A DNA stretch of 64,000 nucleotides from Selaginella moellendorffii. Its lineage: Eukaryota; Plantae; Lycopodiophyta. This document shows positions 51,710 to 64,000 of the stretch, in pieces (position 1 is the stretch's first letter; every line of letters begins with the position of its first letter). Below the pieces are notes generated by a model. The model was not told the origin of the DNA. It saw only the letters and a list, made by a program, of their open reading frames with translations, and did no database searches. The position numbers and the translations under genes are program-made. The DNA lies in contig NW_003314371.1 in assembly GCF_000143415.4 (NCBI RefSeq), forward strand, positions 96,935-160,934, read 5' to 3'.

Positions 51710-54366
51710 TGGCATTAACTCTTCGAATTACCTAGTTAATATGAGAAACTGGCTCACGAGCAATAATCTTCTCAACCTCTAGCATTGGATTCACTTGTGT
51801 AACAATTGGCACCTCCTCCACTCCATGTTCCTTAGTTCTTCTTCGGTGTCGTGGAACAGAATGGTAATCAAACTCTGGATGGTGAGAGCTAGAAGGAGTG
51901 ATGTTGGGCCCATCAAATGTCTATTGACGCTTCAAACGGATTGTCCTCATGTCACCAAGTGGTTCATAACTTGATTCCATAGGAGTTCTAGTAACAACTT
52001 CCCCCACCATCTTAGATATTGACCCTACTGCTGGTGTTCTCTTTCTACCAACCCGCTCTCAAAGCTTGTCTAAGTTTCGACCTATACCAGCAAACCTTGC
52101 TTTCTGTGCAGCCAAAGATTTTGATAACTGCTCAAGAGATCTAATGAGGTTGGAGAGTGTAACTTCATAGAGGGATACTTTTCCTTTCCTTGCTTCGAAA
52201 GCTTTCCAACTCTAATGTTTGCTCTCTGAGAGATTAATTGTTGGTATAAGTGCAATATCATCAAGTGGTTGATCCTAGGAAAAATGTAATATTTGAATGT
52301 GACAAGAAAAGAAAATGAGAGAAAACTTACATGGAGAATATAATGGCCCCACTAAAAACATTTGAACTTCCCACCATGCAAGCCAACACTTCATTTGTGG
52401 AAGGTGTTCAATTGGCACTTTGTCTCCTTCACGCCACTATATACACATCTCATTTGCTTTTGCCTCGTGCTCCTCTTTAGTTGGTGTATCCATCCATTCT
52501 CGACAAAGCTGCTTGAATTTGTGATGGAAGCTAAACTTGATACATCAACAATGTTCATTGACACTCTTTGCCCAATTAAACTCACAACTCTTCTCTTTAC
52601 TTTGTAATGGCTGACTTTTATCACCTCCAAATACTTGTCGTACAGCCAACTAATTAGCACCAGCAACATCTGCCATGAAACCACAGAAGTTAGGTTTCTT
52701 CCCGGTTCGTTGTTCAACAATCTCAAACATATATGTCCAAAAGATGGTTTGTGCTTGGAAATCTTAAACCTTGAATTTGGCTATAGCTATAGTTAAGTTG
52801 CACTGCAACCAATAGAAGGAATGGTTATAATGTAAATTGGTATGGAATCCTTAAAAAATGAATAACCACTTACTTGTGATCATAAACATGAGCTCCCATT
52901 GTTGACCAGCCTAAAACTCATTCTAGTGGTCGAAATGGATCTAGGAATTAGCCAAGTCCTCGTCTTTATCCATATCCATTTGTTGTACAAGGTCCACACC
53001 AGAAGCAAGACCAAGGGTGGACATCTTAAAGATGAAAGGGTGTTGACTATTTGAAGTCACTTGGCCAACGAACAAACTCCCATGAACAAATTCATAAGGA
53101 CATTTTCTTTTTAACTCCAAAATTGCATCCAATCCAGATTGAAACTTTCCATCTCGCCCTTCTCACATCCAGTTCTTTATTCTGCTAAAAAAAAAAGCGT
53201 TTCTAGTGACAAAGTAGAGTTAAGTATTAATTTATACCTGTTTAAATTTGTTATGAGTTCTATATTTTGAAACAGGTCCTTCAAGTTATTCTCTATGAAC
53301 TCTTTTTTGCTATTAGCTTGTAGCAACATGTCCACCATATTGTCCTTTAGTATAGACTGTTGAACACACTTTGGAGTTACAGCACTTTTCTTCCCAGCCT
53401 TTGTAGTAACAACAGCCTTCAAATTGTGAAAAGAATCATGGTGGATTCCTTCCTCTATTGTGTGTTGATGGTATCCAACATGCACTACTGCTCTGCCTAA
53501 ACATCCATCCTGTAGAAGAAAATAATACATTTTTGCATTGCAACATGCTTGACAAATAGGTGTTGCCCCACATTTGCAACATCTAAACCATGTAGCAACC
53601 TCATCACACCTAGGGGGATTGATTGTTGAGCCTTCAAAGAAGCACATATTCTTGCCATGATCAGAAATGCATTTCTCAGCGACACATTGAAGCTATCCAC
53701 CACAATGGACTATGGACACAAATCCGTCAAAATGGGAGAAGTGGGTTGTCTTTACTTTGCACCAATTATATGGATCAAAACACATCTCCATGCCCCTCTT
53801 CCTGCTTGACAAACTGGCTGGTGGAAATTTAAAGAATATATTCCCATTATAGGAAGATAAAAGTTCCTCACCTCTCATGTACTGGAACTCCTTCAATTCC
53901 AACCGTAATGATCAAGATTGCTAAAATGCTTTATCCACCACTTCAAAAATTGGTCCAGAAGGAATGCACCTACTTGTATGAGAAGCTATGTTAGGAAGCT
54001 CATCTTCTTCACTTTCGTCATTGGAGAGAATAACAACTTCATGCTTCACTCTTTGCACAGTTGGCTGTGAAACTGACGCGCTCTCCTCTACTTGCTTTGG
54101 AGTCTTATAATTAAAATCTCCTAACCTGTACATCTATTAAGATCCCACTGAATCCTATTCTTTCCCACACCATTGTCAAAAAGAATGGATTTTTCTATCT
54201 GATTACCTTTATCCAGACATACATTCTCCAAACTAACTAATCCCAGCTTCAACTTGAATCTTTTGCAGAGGAAGCTCTCTCTTATAATATTCTTAGAGAA
54301 AACAATTGAAAGCTCTTGATCAAACTTCAAGTAGAATTCTCTTATATCTTCTCCTTGCTCGAGCAC
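51710..54366 (-). pseudogene. MULE (Mutator-like) transposase pseudogene with introns
   Basis: Cys-rich N-terminal finger (CCKCGATPICQACCNAK...HVGYHQH); FIFKMST, IHFDH, GFMADVAGAN.LAVRQVFGG, SCEFNW, PTINL; many stops. Confidence 0.65.
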
Positions 54367-54721
54367 TTAGAAAAAATTTGGGGAGAAACTGACAAAAAAG
54401 AACAAAGATATTCTTCTGTATTATAAGCTTTAATTAGTTGTGTCCTTGCAAAGGACAAGTTAAATATTTTAACAAAATATACAACCATTTAGAATCTAGA
54501 AATATATGAAAATGTTAAACAGCCACCCATATTAATTGTATAATTGATTGTGAGAGGAATAATACTATTAAAATGAATGGGGTTATGAGCAAGAGGTGTC
54601 GATTAATCACGAGAGTTGTAACATTAATTGTTTATTCTCCCTCTTATCTCCATGCTCTTTTCCCTTCAAAAGAGTTTCATTTTTTTGTGATAAGTGAGAG
54701 AGACTCAAGCTCGAAAAGTAC

Positions 54722-57700
54722 ATGGTTTTTTCAAGAGGAGAAGCTACTGGTGGTAGTGCCATACATGGTGGGGCGGAACTTGGTGGTGGAAATGAGGCAC
54801 TTAGTGCTATAGGTGGTGGGGCAGATCTTGTTGGTGGAAATGGCAGACATGCTATTGCTCTTGAAGGTCACAGAAATGAGGTGGTAACTATGCTAGAGGC
54901 CGACAAGATCTTGAATGAGTGAGTACGCGATACTATTGTCCAAGCTCAAGAATGAACTATCAGCAGAGTGTTAGGTGAAATGGCTTGGAAAGGATCCCAA
55001 CATCTTCAACTTCCACTTTGCTGTCTTAAGTAGAGTCACTAGGTGTCCTCAGCCTATGACCTCAACATGGGTATTTATACCTCTTTCATAGAGGCTAGAT
55101 TTGGGCACACTGCTGGATCATTTATTGTGTTGTCATCATTCCCCGGAACAAATCGCATAAACATGGTTACTCATGAGATCGAGCAAACTTGGGATCAAAT
55201 ATGGCAAAGGAAATCTCAAGAGTTTGATACTTTGATGGCGTGCCACAAGGAGATACAAGCCTTTGTAGGCCGGATGTTCTTCATTATTAATGGAAACCAC
55301 CAATGGCTAGCATTTAGAGGTGTATCCAAGAGAAGCTCTAAGACGATGACAAGCAACATATTTGTGTTCCAGTGACACTTGTGGAGCCACAGGATCGAAA
55401 CCAAGCAGTGAGGCTCAACTTGGCATGTCACAAGATCAATATGTAAGAATCATTTACTAATAACCTTTGTACTCACCAACTATATTATAGGTTTAATCAG
55501 TTTGCTTTCCAAACACATACCTTGGTCCATGATATCGAGCACCTTCGATATGTTGGCATACTTTCTCTCAAGGAAATCTAGATGCTGTATAGTTGTGAGG
55601 TTATGGAAGTAGTTCAAGCAAAGCTTGTAGCACGTAAAGGCCAAGAGTTGCTTACTTGGTATCAAGTGCCTATGGATTTTTTGGTTGCGGTCTGGGCAAA
55701 GGTAACCTTTTCTTGCATGAAATTGTGTTTTCTACTCACAAGTTTTCCTTTTTGCCAATTGTCAAAGTGGAGCAAAACTCATATTTGAAGATTACACAAA
55801 TGACGGATGAGGTGCAAAAGAACTTTGAACTGCGACAAATTGAGCAGTGCATTTTGAACTCGAAGAAATCAAAGGTGAAGAAGCTACTTGTGATTGAAGA
55901 CATTCAATGCGATAAAGATTGGCTGGATTGCATTGCAAAGATATGCTCTCGTGGCAATAAGTTAGTCCCTTTTATCTTTCTCATTCCACTTTGAAATCCT
56001 TGTCCTTGCAGGAAATGGTAAAGCACATGAAGAATTGATCTATAACATCGCAAAAAGCAAGCTCTCCTTCAACAAACAAACCTCTTGCTTGGAACTCCTC
56101 AACACTTGGCATCGTAACAATGATAAAAGGTTGGAGAGCAAACTTGAGAATGTGATGAAGGAGAAACTCTATATCACTTAGAGTATTGCAGTTGCTAAGG
56201 AGCTACTTCAAGTATGGGATACGAAGTTCGTTACTAGTGCCCGCACTAGCATAACACTTCCAAAATATGTCCGAGCTTCCCTTCAAGAGCTTGGGGATGG
56301 ATGGCAGCTCAAGTTCTATGGATCTCAAGAACCAGCTAGGCCAACCATTTTTCTCGTGCTGCATGGCATATAGGTATATTGCAAGAAATTGACTTGTTTA
56401 TTTAATCATAGCTCTTTTGTAGGTATTGAAGTCATTGCCTAGGTGCTCCAGTGTACATAGCAAGTGTTTTTCTCAAGCTCTTAACTAGTGGGAAGAAACT
56501 TGGCATGTATGAGCCAAAGTTCCATTGTCCCACTGCACGGGAGCAAGAACTTTGTCCATGGTACTTGGAGTTGTGAAGGCAAATGTCATCATCACCTTTT
56601 GAGCTTGATCTCTACCTCAAGTGTCATCCAGGTTTGATGAGTAAAATTTCTTAGTAGTAGCTTATGTTTCTACTTTATTGTAGAGGCACTTTTGGAGGGA
56701 GTGGAGATGCCTTAGGACAGGGATGAGATTCATATTGAGCAAACTGAAGACAAACAAGTGGAGAACCCGGCTGAAAACTCTCCTGCCCCATCTCATCTTA
56801 TAGCAGTTGCTCATTCCCCAGATCCTACTGCCACTGCTCGTCCAGCCCTGACTGTTTGAAATGTACGAAGGCAACTCCATAGTGGGGACGTCCAAGAGAG
56901 TAAGAACTTGATTTCCAATGACCTTGCTTATTATAATTTAGTTGTAGATGTCGGAGAAACCAGCCAACACTCTATACATCGACATACAAATGCATTCTTT
57001 CCATCCCTCCCCACTGCTACAAAGGATGACCTCCAAGAGTTATCTTCATCGGCTTCACATAAACAGGTATGAAAAAAAACATATATTAGCTTTAATATTT
57101 CCCAGTTTTGAACACTATTCACATTCACCCTCTTTCTTCTATAGGAAGTGTTGGCAATGTGGAAATAGTTATTAGGGATTACTTTCAGCTTTCCAACAAC
57201 GTGAGCCAAGAGTCTTCTATGTTCCATTGATGGATGTGAGGATTAGGAATGAACAATACTTTTGGCATCGACCTTGTGTTCTTCGACTTGCCTAATGGGT
57301 TACCACCTTTACAAAGCCACACTCCACCTTAGAACATCTTTTGACTGGACCATATTTCTCAAGTGGTGAATATGGCATCCAAGGTGTTGCGATATGAGGG
57401 CATTATGCTAGTCATTCTTCCCTGTTCTTTATTTTGGGGAGGTCTTCTTGCAACGATGGCGAAGAATGATGACTCTAGATTGGTTGAGTTTGCATCAGGC
57501 TACCTACTCTCAAACATCCCGGCCAAAACAAAAGGAGCAAGTGGCTGAATCAAAAAGGTTTGTATTTCCTTATTTTTCATATCTTAAATTGGTTGCCTCT
57601 TTTCATTGTAGGTTTTAGTATGGAACTACTATACTCTTTGCCACTACTCTTGCTGTCATAGTATTACATGAGCTGATGAGCGTGTAGGTTTGGCATTGCC

Positions 57701-57965
57701 AGGATATGATAGCTCAACAGATATCATCCCAAATGTCATCAACAAGGACCACCATATATAGTTCCCTAGCTATCGACCCTATTCACCAAAGGCCATGCAA
57801 ATCCTCCTAGAGTTGTTTTGTCCTTTTAAGGGGATTGTGCTTGATGCTATAGTAGGTTTTGGTTTGATGGTGCTAGCGGCTAAAGAGACTGGGTATGCAG
57901 TTTTTGCATTAGAGAAGGAGAGTGTATTTGAAGGTGTTCTTGAGACATTTCATAATAGACGATAA
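54722..57965 (+). pseudogene. Spliced gene relic: ParB-like domain + beta-class N4/N6 DNA-methyltransferase-like domain
   Basis: RMFFIINGNHQWLAF (about 55271-55315); GIDLVFFDLPNG (57264-57299); ASKVLRYEGIMLV (about 57375-57415); SPKAMQILLELFCPFKGIVLDAIVGFGLMVLAAKETGYAVFALEKE (57783-57920); intron at about 57558-57611. Confidence 0.65.
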
Positions 57966-58429
57966 TAAAGTATAAAATTCTCATTATAGTAATTCCATCA
58001 TGGTTGTGTATATTAAGTGGATTGATGATGTGGGCTATAATTTGCTATGTTATGCAGAAGCAATGGCACAAGCTTATATACAAGAGCCCACACTTAGAAA
58101 GCATAATACTATATAAACTCCTCCTTTTGTGGATGTGGATGCCAAGAAGAAAGACTAAGTTTAGTTTTTTTTTTAGTCGAATTTTTTAGTGGTAATATAC
58201 TTTGACTTATGATATTCATTTTCTTATTAGACTTATATTATTTAGCTTTTTCTTGGACTGAAAATATGTTTTAAGTTTTGAATAAAATTGTTGGTTCATC
58301 CCGAACCAAACATTTAAACATCAACTTTTGTATTTGGTGGACTATATTGACTTTCATTAACTATCATTGACTTGAGCTCAGCTCAAAAACTACCCAGCCC
58401 TAGTGTCGCTATCTTCTGAAACTTGAATA

Positions 58430-58750
58430 TTAAGGGGTTTTTGTCTCAGAAGCTGTTACCATAATATGTTAATCCCTATTAGGTACTGAAGCAGATTGGT
58501 AATGTATCCTATTAGTTGGATCTTCCTGCAGAGATGTCCAATGTTCATAATGTATTTCACGCCAATTTATTAGCCCTATACACTATAGATGTTGCACATC
58601 AAGGGGACATTTGTCTGCCACCAAAAGTTATGGATGGTGAACTTGAATATGAATTTGAAAGGATCTTATCATGTCATTGGAAATGTGGTGGTCATACCAA
58701 ACAATATTTAGTTAAGTGGCATGGTTACCTAACTTGTGAATCAACTTGAT
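58430..58750 (+). pseudogene. Gypsy integrase C-terminus and chromodomain fragment
   Basis: LDLPAEMSNVHNVFHANLL...EYEFERIL...YLVKWHGY...EST; PPT GGGGGGAAAG at about 59372 followed by LTR-like sequence. Confidence 0.8.
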
Positions 58751-59802
58751 GCATTCTTGTGAGCTTATCATAAAGTATGAGAATTGTAATAAAGAGTAGC
58801 TTTTGTAAATCTTGTAATAAATCTTGCAAATCAATAAAGTAATATATTTGTATTAAATGTTTCTCTCATTCATTAGTTTTGAGTCAGTTTTGGCAAGTTG
58901 ACTTTAGCTTTTTGGTGCATAGGTTCAATCCATAACTATGGGGATAACTATTATAAATTAATCATAAGTCTTGTTAACTCATTTTCAAAAAGGGTGTAGT
59001 CGTGTAAACAATATTATGTGCCAGTTCATAATAGTTATTTAAATCTTTCCAATGGGGTTGATTTTTGTTTAGGGGAGTTGGGCCTCTAACTCTCTCCCTA
59101 TATCCTTGCTAGCAAAGGTATATTATTTCTTTGTAAGCTAAGTGGTACTCAGAGTAACAAGGGTGGCTAGCTTTGCTAGTCATTTCCTTATCTGTAATGG
59201 CCAGAGGGTATTTGAGTATTAATGTCTTTAAATGTAGAAGAGAGGTCATTCTTTACTCATTTAAGTTAGTGTGTTTCTCATAAAATGTGTTTTCTGTTAA
59301 CTTTTAAAGTTGTTTCTTTGACAGTTTGCTAGACTAGAGTATGCATTAACGAGGACATTGATTTTCTCCAAGGGGGGGAAAGTGTTGTGAATATGATTTC
59401 AAGTATTGAAAGATATTTATTAGGCAGTTCTTACAAAAACTCTCTCTTTACTGCCACAATAGTATTGTTAATTCTCTTTATAGTCTCCACCCAAGCTAAT
59501 TGAGAAATTGGTTATCATATGTGCATTTGACTAGATGAGCATAAAGATGGAATTCATAATTGCTATGAATCAAATATACTTGACCTGGTTAAAGAAACTC
59601 ATTTATTGACTTACACTTGCTAGTGTTAGAAACTCCTATGATATTGAGTTTAGTCCCTCAATATCATTAGGTGATAGTTTATTGTGTTTGCTAGACACCC
59701 TCGCTATCAAGCTCTGTTTATTGGTCTCATTTCGGTTCTATATGCTATTTATGGTATATCTAGAGTCACTTCAAAAGTATATCTATAGAATGTAAAAGTG
59801 TC

Positions 59803-59902
59803 NNNNNNNNNNNNNNNNNNNNNNNNNNNNNNNNNNNNNNNNNNNNNNNNNNNNNNNNNNNNNNNNNNNNNNNNNNNNNNNNNNNNNNNNNNNNNNNNNN
59901 NN
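59803..59902. other. Assembly gap (100 N)
   Basis: Run of Ns. Confidence 1.
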
Positions 59903-62900
59903 ATTAGCATTTATGCATTTATTAGTTAATAACTATATTGGTATTCAAATAAGCTAATCTCACTAAGGTTTTTTAGTAGGGTTAAACTTTGTGTTTTCCC
60001 TGAAAAATGATTTAATTGTGAACTATATTAACTTTGCAAAAGGAAGAATTATTAGTCAATTGGAGAGTTGGGTTTTTGTTGGATTTAAGTTGGGATTATA
60101 TTGATCATTGATAATTCTTTTTGTATATGCTATGAAGTGAGTTATGTCTTCCTATAAATAGTGTATTCATAAAGGATTATTTGGTGATCAATTGTTAAGT
60201 ATAACTTCATTATATTTAGCTTTTCGATTAGGGCAAACATGTTCTTCATAAGCTTTTGTATTATAAAGTTTAACTTATGAATATGTTGAGGAGGATATTG
60301 TGGGTTGTACCATGATTTCTTCTTTAACATTAAATTTAGTTGATATGAGACTCATGATTATTATTAGATGAGACTTATCTTCTTTGAGTTTTTGATTTTT
60401 TAATTTCATGCTCATTATACTATTTATTAAAAGTTGTTAAAGAATGTATTTTGGCTCATTAGCTTCAATGCTAAGGTTAGTATCTATTATTGATGACAAT
60501 TGATTGTCATTTAGGATAGGTGATTATCCTTGTTAAAGGTTTTACTTCATTATTGTTAATGTTGAATGATTTACCATTTTTTAGGATGATATGTTATTAT
60601 TCAATGATGATTATACATCTTTCTATTGATATGATGATTAATGATTTTTTTAATGATGGTTAGTTGTTCTCTTTGATAACTTTTGGCTTAACACATTACC
60701 ATATATTCTTTGTAGTTTACTTTAGATTGATCTCTTGGGTTTGAGTTATCAATAGGATATTGTTGACATTTTCTTGACCAACTTTAGTTCCTTAGTATTA
60801 TTGACTAAGATTTATTCAAATTGGTTTATATGATACTTGGCATGACTGAGTGTTTATTGGTCCTTGCAACATTTATTCTGTTTTATTTATTGTTGTTATG
60901 GTTGGTTTTGATAAATTTAGATGTTATTTCTTTTGAGTGATACATTCACAAACATTTTACTTACTAGTTGATGATACTTTGTGTTATTTGAGTTGCCTTT
61001 TGTAAATTGTTTAGCATACTATCTATAATTTTTGATAGTTAAATTTTATTATTGAGTTTTTTTGCTATTAAATTTTGTTGGATCATAAATCCTATATATT
61101 TTGACTATAATGATCTTGGTGGTTCTTATACTTTAATTTTGGTTTATTGGATGATAACTTACTTGGAATATTTTTATGTTTTAATATAAGACTTATCCAA
61201 GTCTCTAAAATATCATTGTCTCTAACTTTGATATTATTTATTTATTGATCTTTTTTTTTGGGCCAATTGGCTTTAGCACTTCATATGATAGTGAAATCTT
61301 TAGTCATGGGATAGCTACTATCATCTAGTCATATAACCCAACTTTCTCTTGATGTTCCTTATTCTATTAAAAGGGCGTGACCATGTAAACAACTCTAACT
61401 ACTTATTTATAGTAGTCTATTTAAACCTTACCGATAGGTTTGGTTTATTTCCTCATGAGGGTTAGGGCATTTTACTTCTCTCTTTATATCACTTGTAGGC
61501 AAAGGCATATCATCTTTTGTAAGCTAGATGACACCAAGAGCAATAGCAAGAGTCTCCTTATCTGTGACAGTTGCAAGGTGTTTAAGTTGTAGAGACAAAA
61601 AGGTCGCCCCTAACTCATTTAAGTGTGTGGGTATTGAAAGTTACCTATTAACTAATTCTTTCAGATATTCTTTCCTTACTACCACAATGGCAAAAGGTTG
61701 GTATTGTTGGACCCTTTATCAATCCCTTTTATTCAAGTATTAGTAAAAAGGACTTTGTATCTATACTTAGCCGGACAGGCATAAAAAAGGAATTCCTAAG
61801 TGTTTATTTAGCCAAGCATATTTGGCCCGACTTGTTAGTTTTTTTTTGCTCTGTCTTGCACTGGCTTGATAAGAACCCTCGCCTATTGAGACTAGTCTCT
61901 CAATATCGTTATATGATAGCTTACCGTATTTGCCAAACACCCTCGCTATCATGCCCTTTGTGTTAGTCTCATTTCGGTCCCAAATGCTATTTATGGAAAG
62001 TGTCTAAATTTGCTTATTTAGCATATCTACAAAATGTAGAGATTGTCTTGAACACAATGGTGTTCATTTCGTGTCCAAATTTACAATCTAGGGACATTCC
62101 ATATTTAATAAGTTTCGAGCTTATCCTAGAGACTAACTCCTAGTACTAAGGGTGGCTTGGGGTGAAGGATCAAACATGTAAATCATTTTCTCTTTTTGGA
62201 GAAATGATTTGCAATGAGGTATTACCTCATTGTTTGTACTCACATCATGCAATCAAGAGTCCCTACCTTGATGCATGTTGGAAATTATAGTCTTACAAGT
62301 AATGAATTATAGGACGGATAGCAGTGGAGCGTTAAACCATTTTGTCTAGGCTTGCTATTAAAGACTTAGATTATAATGCTTAATTCTTTTTCAAGGAACC
62401 TTGCTATTGCTCTTTAAATACCTTGGTGTTGGATTAGTTTTGAGTTTGGTCGGATAGAGAGTGGTATGAGCTTATCTGTGTTGTGAATAAAAGTTAGTAG
62501 TGTTAGGTATTGTAATCTCTATTAATGGAGTGTGGCATTTATGTTGTATTTTATTGAGTCAAGTTGACACTTGATACTCACATAAACCTTTGTAGTAGTG
62601 ATATATGCATTACTTGTGGTGCTACTCAATTGGTGATCAAGTCATTATGATACTTATATCATATCCATATGATAATGAGTAATGTGTTTACGAAGTTTCT
62701 TGATTATACAATGATCAACCCCAAAGTGGTTGATGGTGAAGCTAGTCTACTTACACGTAATAACATTGTAGTAGCTTTGACTAAATTCCATATGGTAATT
62801 CATTATGCTAAACTTAAGTTGGTTTCTTAGTTCTTTGAATTTGCCCATTGAAGTGTTGGAAAAAGGTTATAGCATTCATTTGCTATAGCTTGTCAGTTGA

Positions 62901-64000
62901 TCTGTTAGCACTTGGAGTAGATTGTTTGATAGAAAAGATGTGTAGTTGAGGTATTGACATCACTAGCATTTGTATTAGTGGAAGTGACATTGTTATGTTA
63001 AGTGATGAGGAACTTTCCTTAAAGCTTGATTTTCCATGTCATTTTTTTTGTTAATGTTTTGGCTTCACATTGGATCTTGAAAGTGATTGAAGAAGAGTGT
63101 TAGTGCAATATGGATATTCAAAGATATGGTCTTCGTGATCAAACCTTAGATGTTCGTTTTGCATTTTACAAATGTCGGTATTGGATATCAAAAATATAGG
63201 CATGATGTTTGAGGCTTAAACATATTATGAGTTTTGAGAATTTGTGTTGAGGTGAACCTATGTGAAGTTGTTAGTAGGAGAAAGTTGGTTAAGTCTCGAA
63301 AATTTGCATTTTTAGATTGAGAGTCATTCTTTCTCTAAGATGGAAATTTTTTTATGAATATTTTTAAACTTTTCCAATAGCTGATTTTTTGATCATTTTG
63401 CTTGAAAATTGTTCTATTTTCATAATAAAAGGGTTGGAGTTAACTTCAGTTGGCTTAGATCTTAGTAGGTAACTTTGCATGATGCAACCCGAAAAGGATG
63501 TTAACTTTTGGAGCTAAGGCAATTGAGTTGAATAGAGTCTAGAGTTGGTGTAGAAAAATTGTTATTGCGCTTTTCTAGAAAGGTGCCTTTCTTTTATAGC
63601 ATTATGCTTGGTGGTAGATTACATCTTCGTTAAAACTTTATGATAGTAATGAACTCTTACTCATCATGACTTGGTCTTAGTGGCTTGCGCCTTTGCTAAG
63701 GATGGTGATATTCAACTTAGTTGTTTGAGGTTAAAATGTTAGTACCTGTATTATAGCTTTGTCTATGAAGAGATTGTATTATCTCATGGTCTTCACTTTA
63801 GTTTCAATTAAATATTGATTATACATAGCTAGCCTTTTCAAGGCATGCTTAGAGCTATTGACTATATGTATTAGTGAGTTTATCACGGTTGAGTTGGATT
63901 CGAGTGGTCATTTAGTTTGTGCTTATCTATGAACCTTTATCTTGTACTTGAGATATTACGTTCATGTTGGACAAATACATGACTTGATGATGTGAGTTTA
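59903..64000 (-). mobile_element. Highly decayed AT-rich relics, possibly LINE RT, interrupted by Gypsy 3' UTR/LTR pieces (about 61270-62165)
   Basis: Strong T skew on the plus strand; minus-strand VKLYNTKAYE near 60250 resembles LINE K.D..KAYD; 61270-61470 matches 16760-16960. Confidence 0.3.

Noticed and set aside
11673-62165. Roughly 300-bp inverted repeats at 11.7 kb and 62 kb as TIRs of one giant MULE
   Set aside because: No TSD; a third copy at 59.6-59.8 kb follows a Gypsy PPT; the sequence abuts an LTR promoter block. These are LTR fragments.

Overview
Repeat-saturated eukaryotic DNA with no recognisable host gene. It is almost certainly from a land plant, possibly a seed-free lineage: it has Cassandra 5S-TRIMs, tRNA-iMet-primed Ty3/Gypsy elements with chromodomains, TTTAGGG tracts and short GT-AG introns. 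The window is a nest of transposons: a young Gypsy element (LTR, PBS and an open gag-pol running off the left edge), several decayed Gypsy copies, a complete hAT relic with TIRs and 8-bp TSD, two Cassandra TRIMs, a non-coding LARD-like LTR family (one intact copy with TSD), and a TRIM whose 3' LTR is inverted. The main result is a 14.3-kb Sola-like (DDD) DNA transposon at 35128-49421, with 24-bp TIRs and a 4-bp TSD. Besides its transposase it carries a divergently oriented, roughly 1,700-aa spliced accessory gene: ParB-like domain, amino-methyltransferase-like fold, micro-exon linker and FCP1/HAD phosphatase. It is also studded with at least 30 copies of a 22-bp palindrome (ATGGCRTG-N6-CAYGCCAT), many inside a run of phase-1 micro-introns. 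A second, unrelated MULE-like transposase relic (51.7-54.4 kb) lies head-to-head with another ParB-like + beta-class N4/N6 DNA-methyltransferase-like gene. Together these suggest a recurrent transposon-borne ParB/MTase module. Domain calls come from motif recognition by eye and need HMM or structure confirmation.
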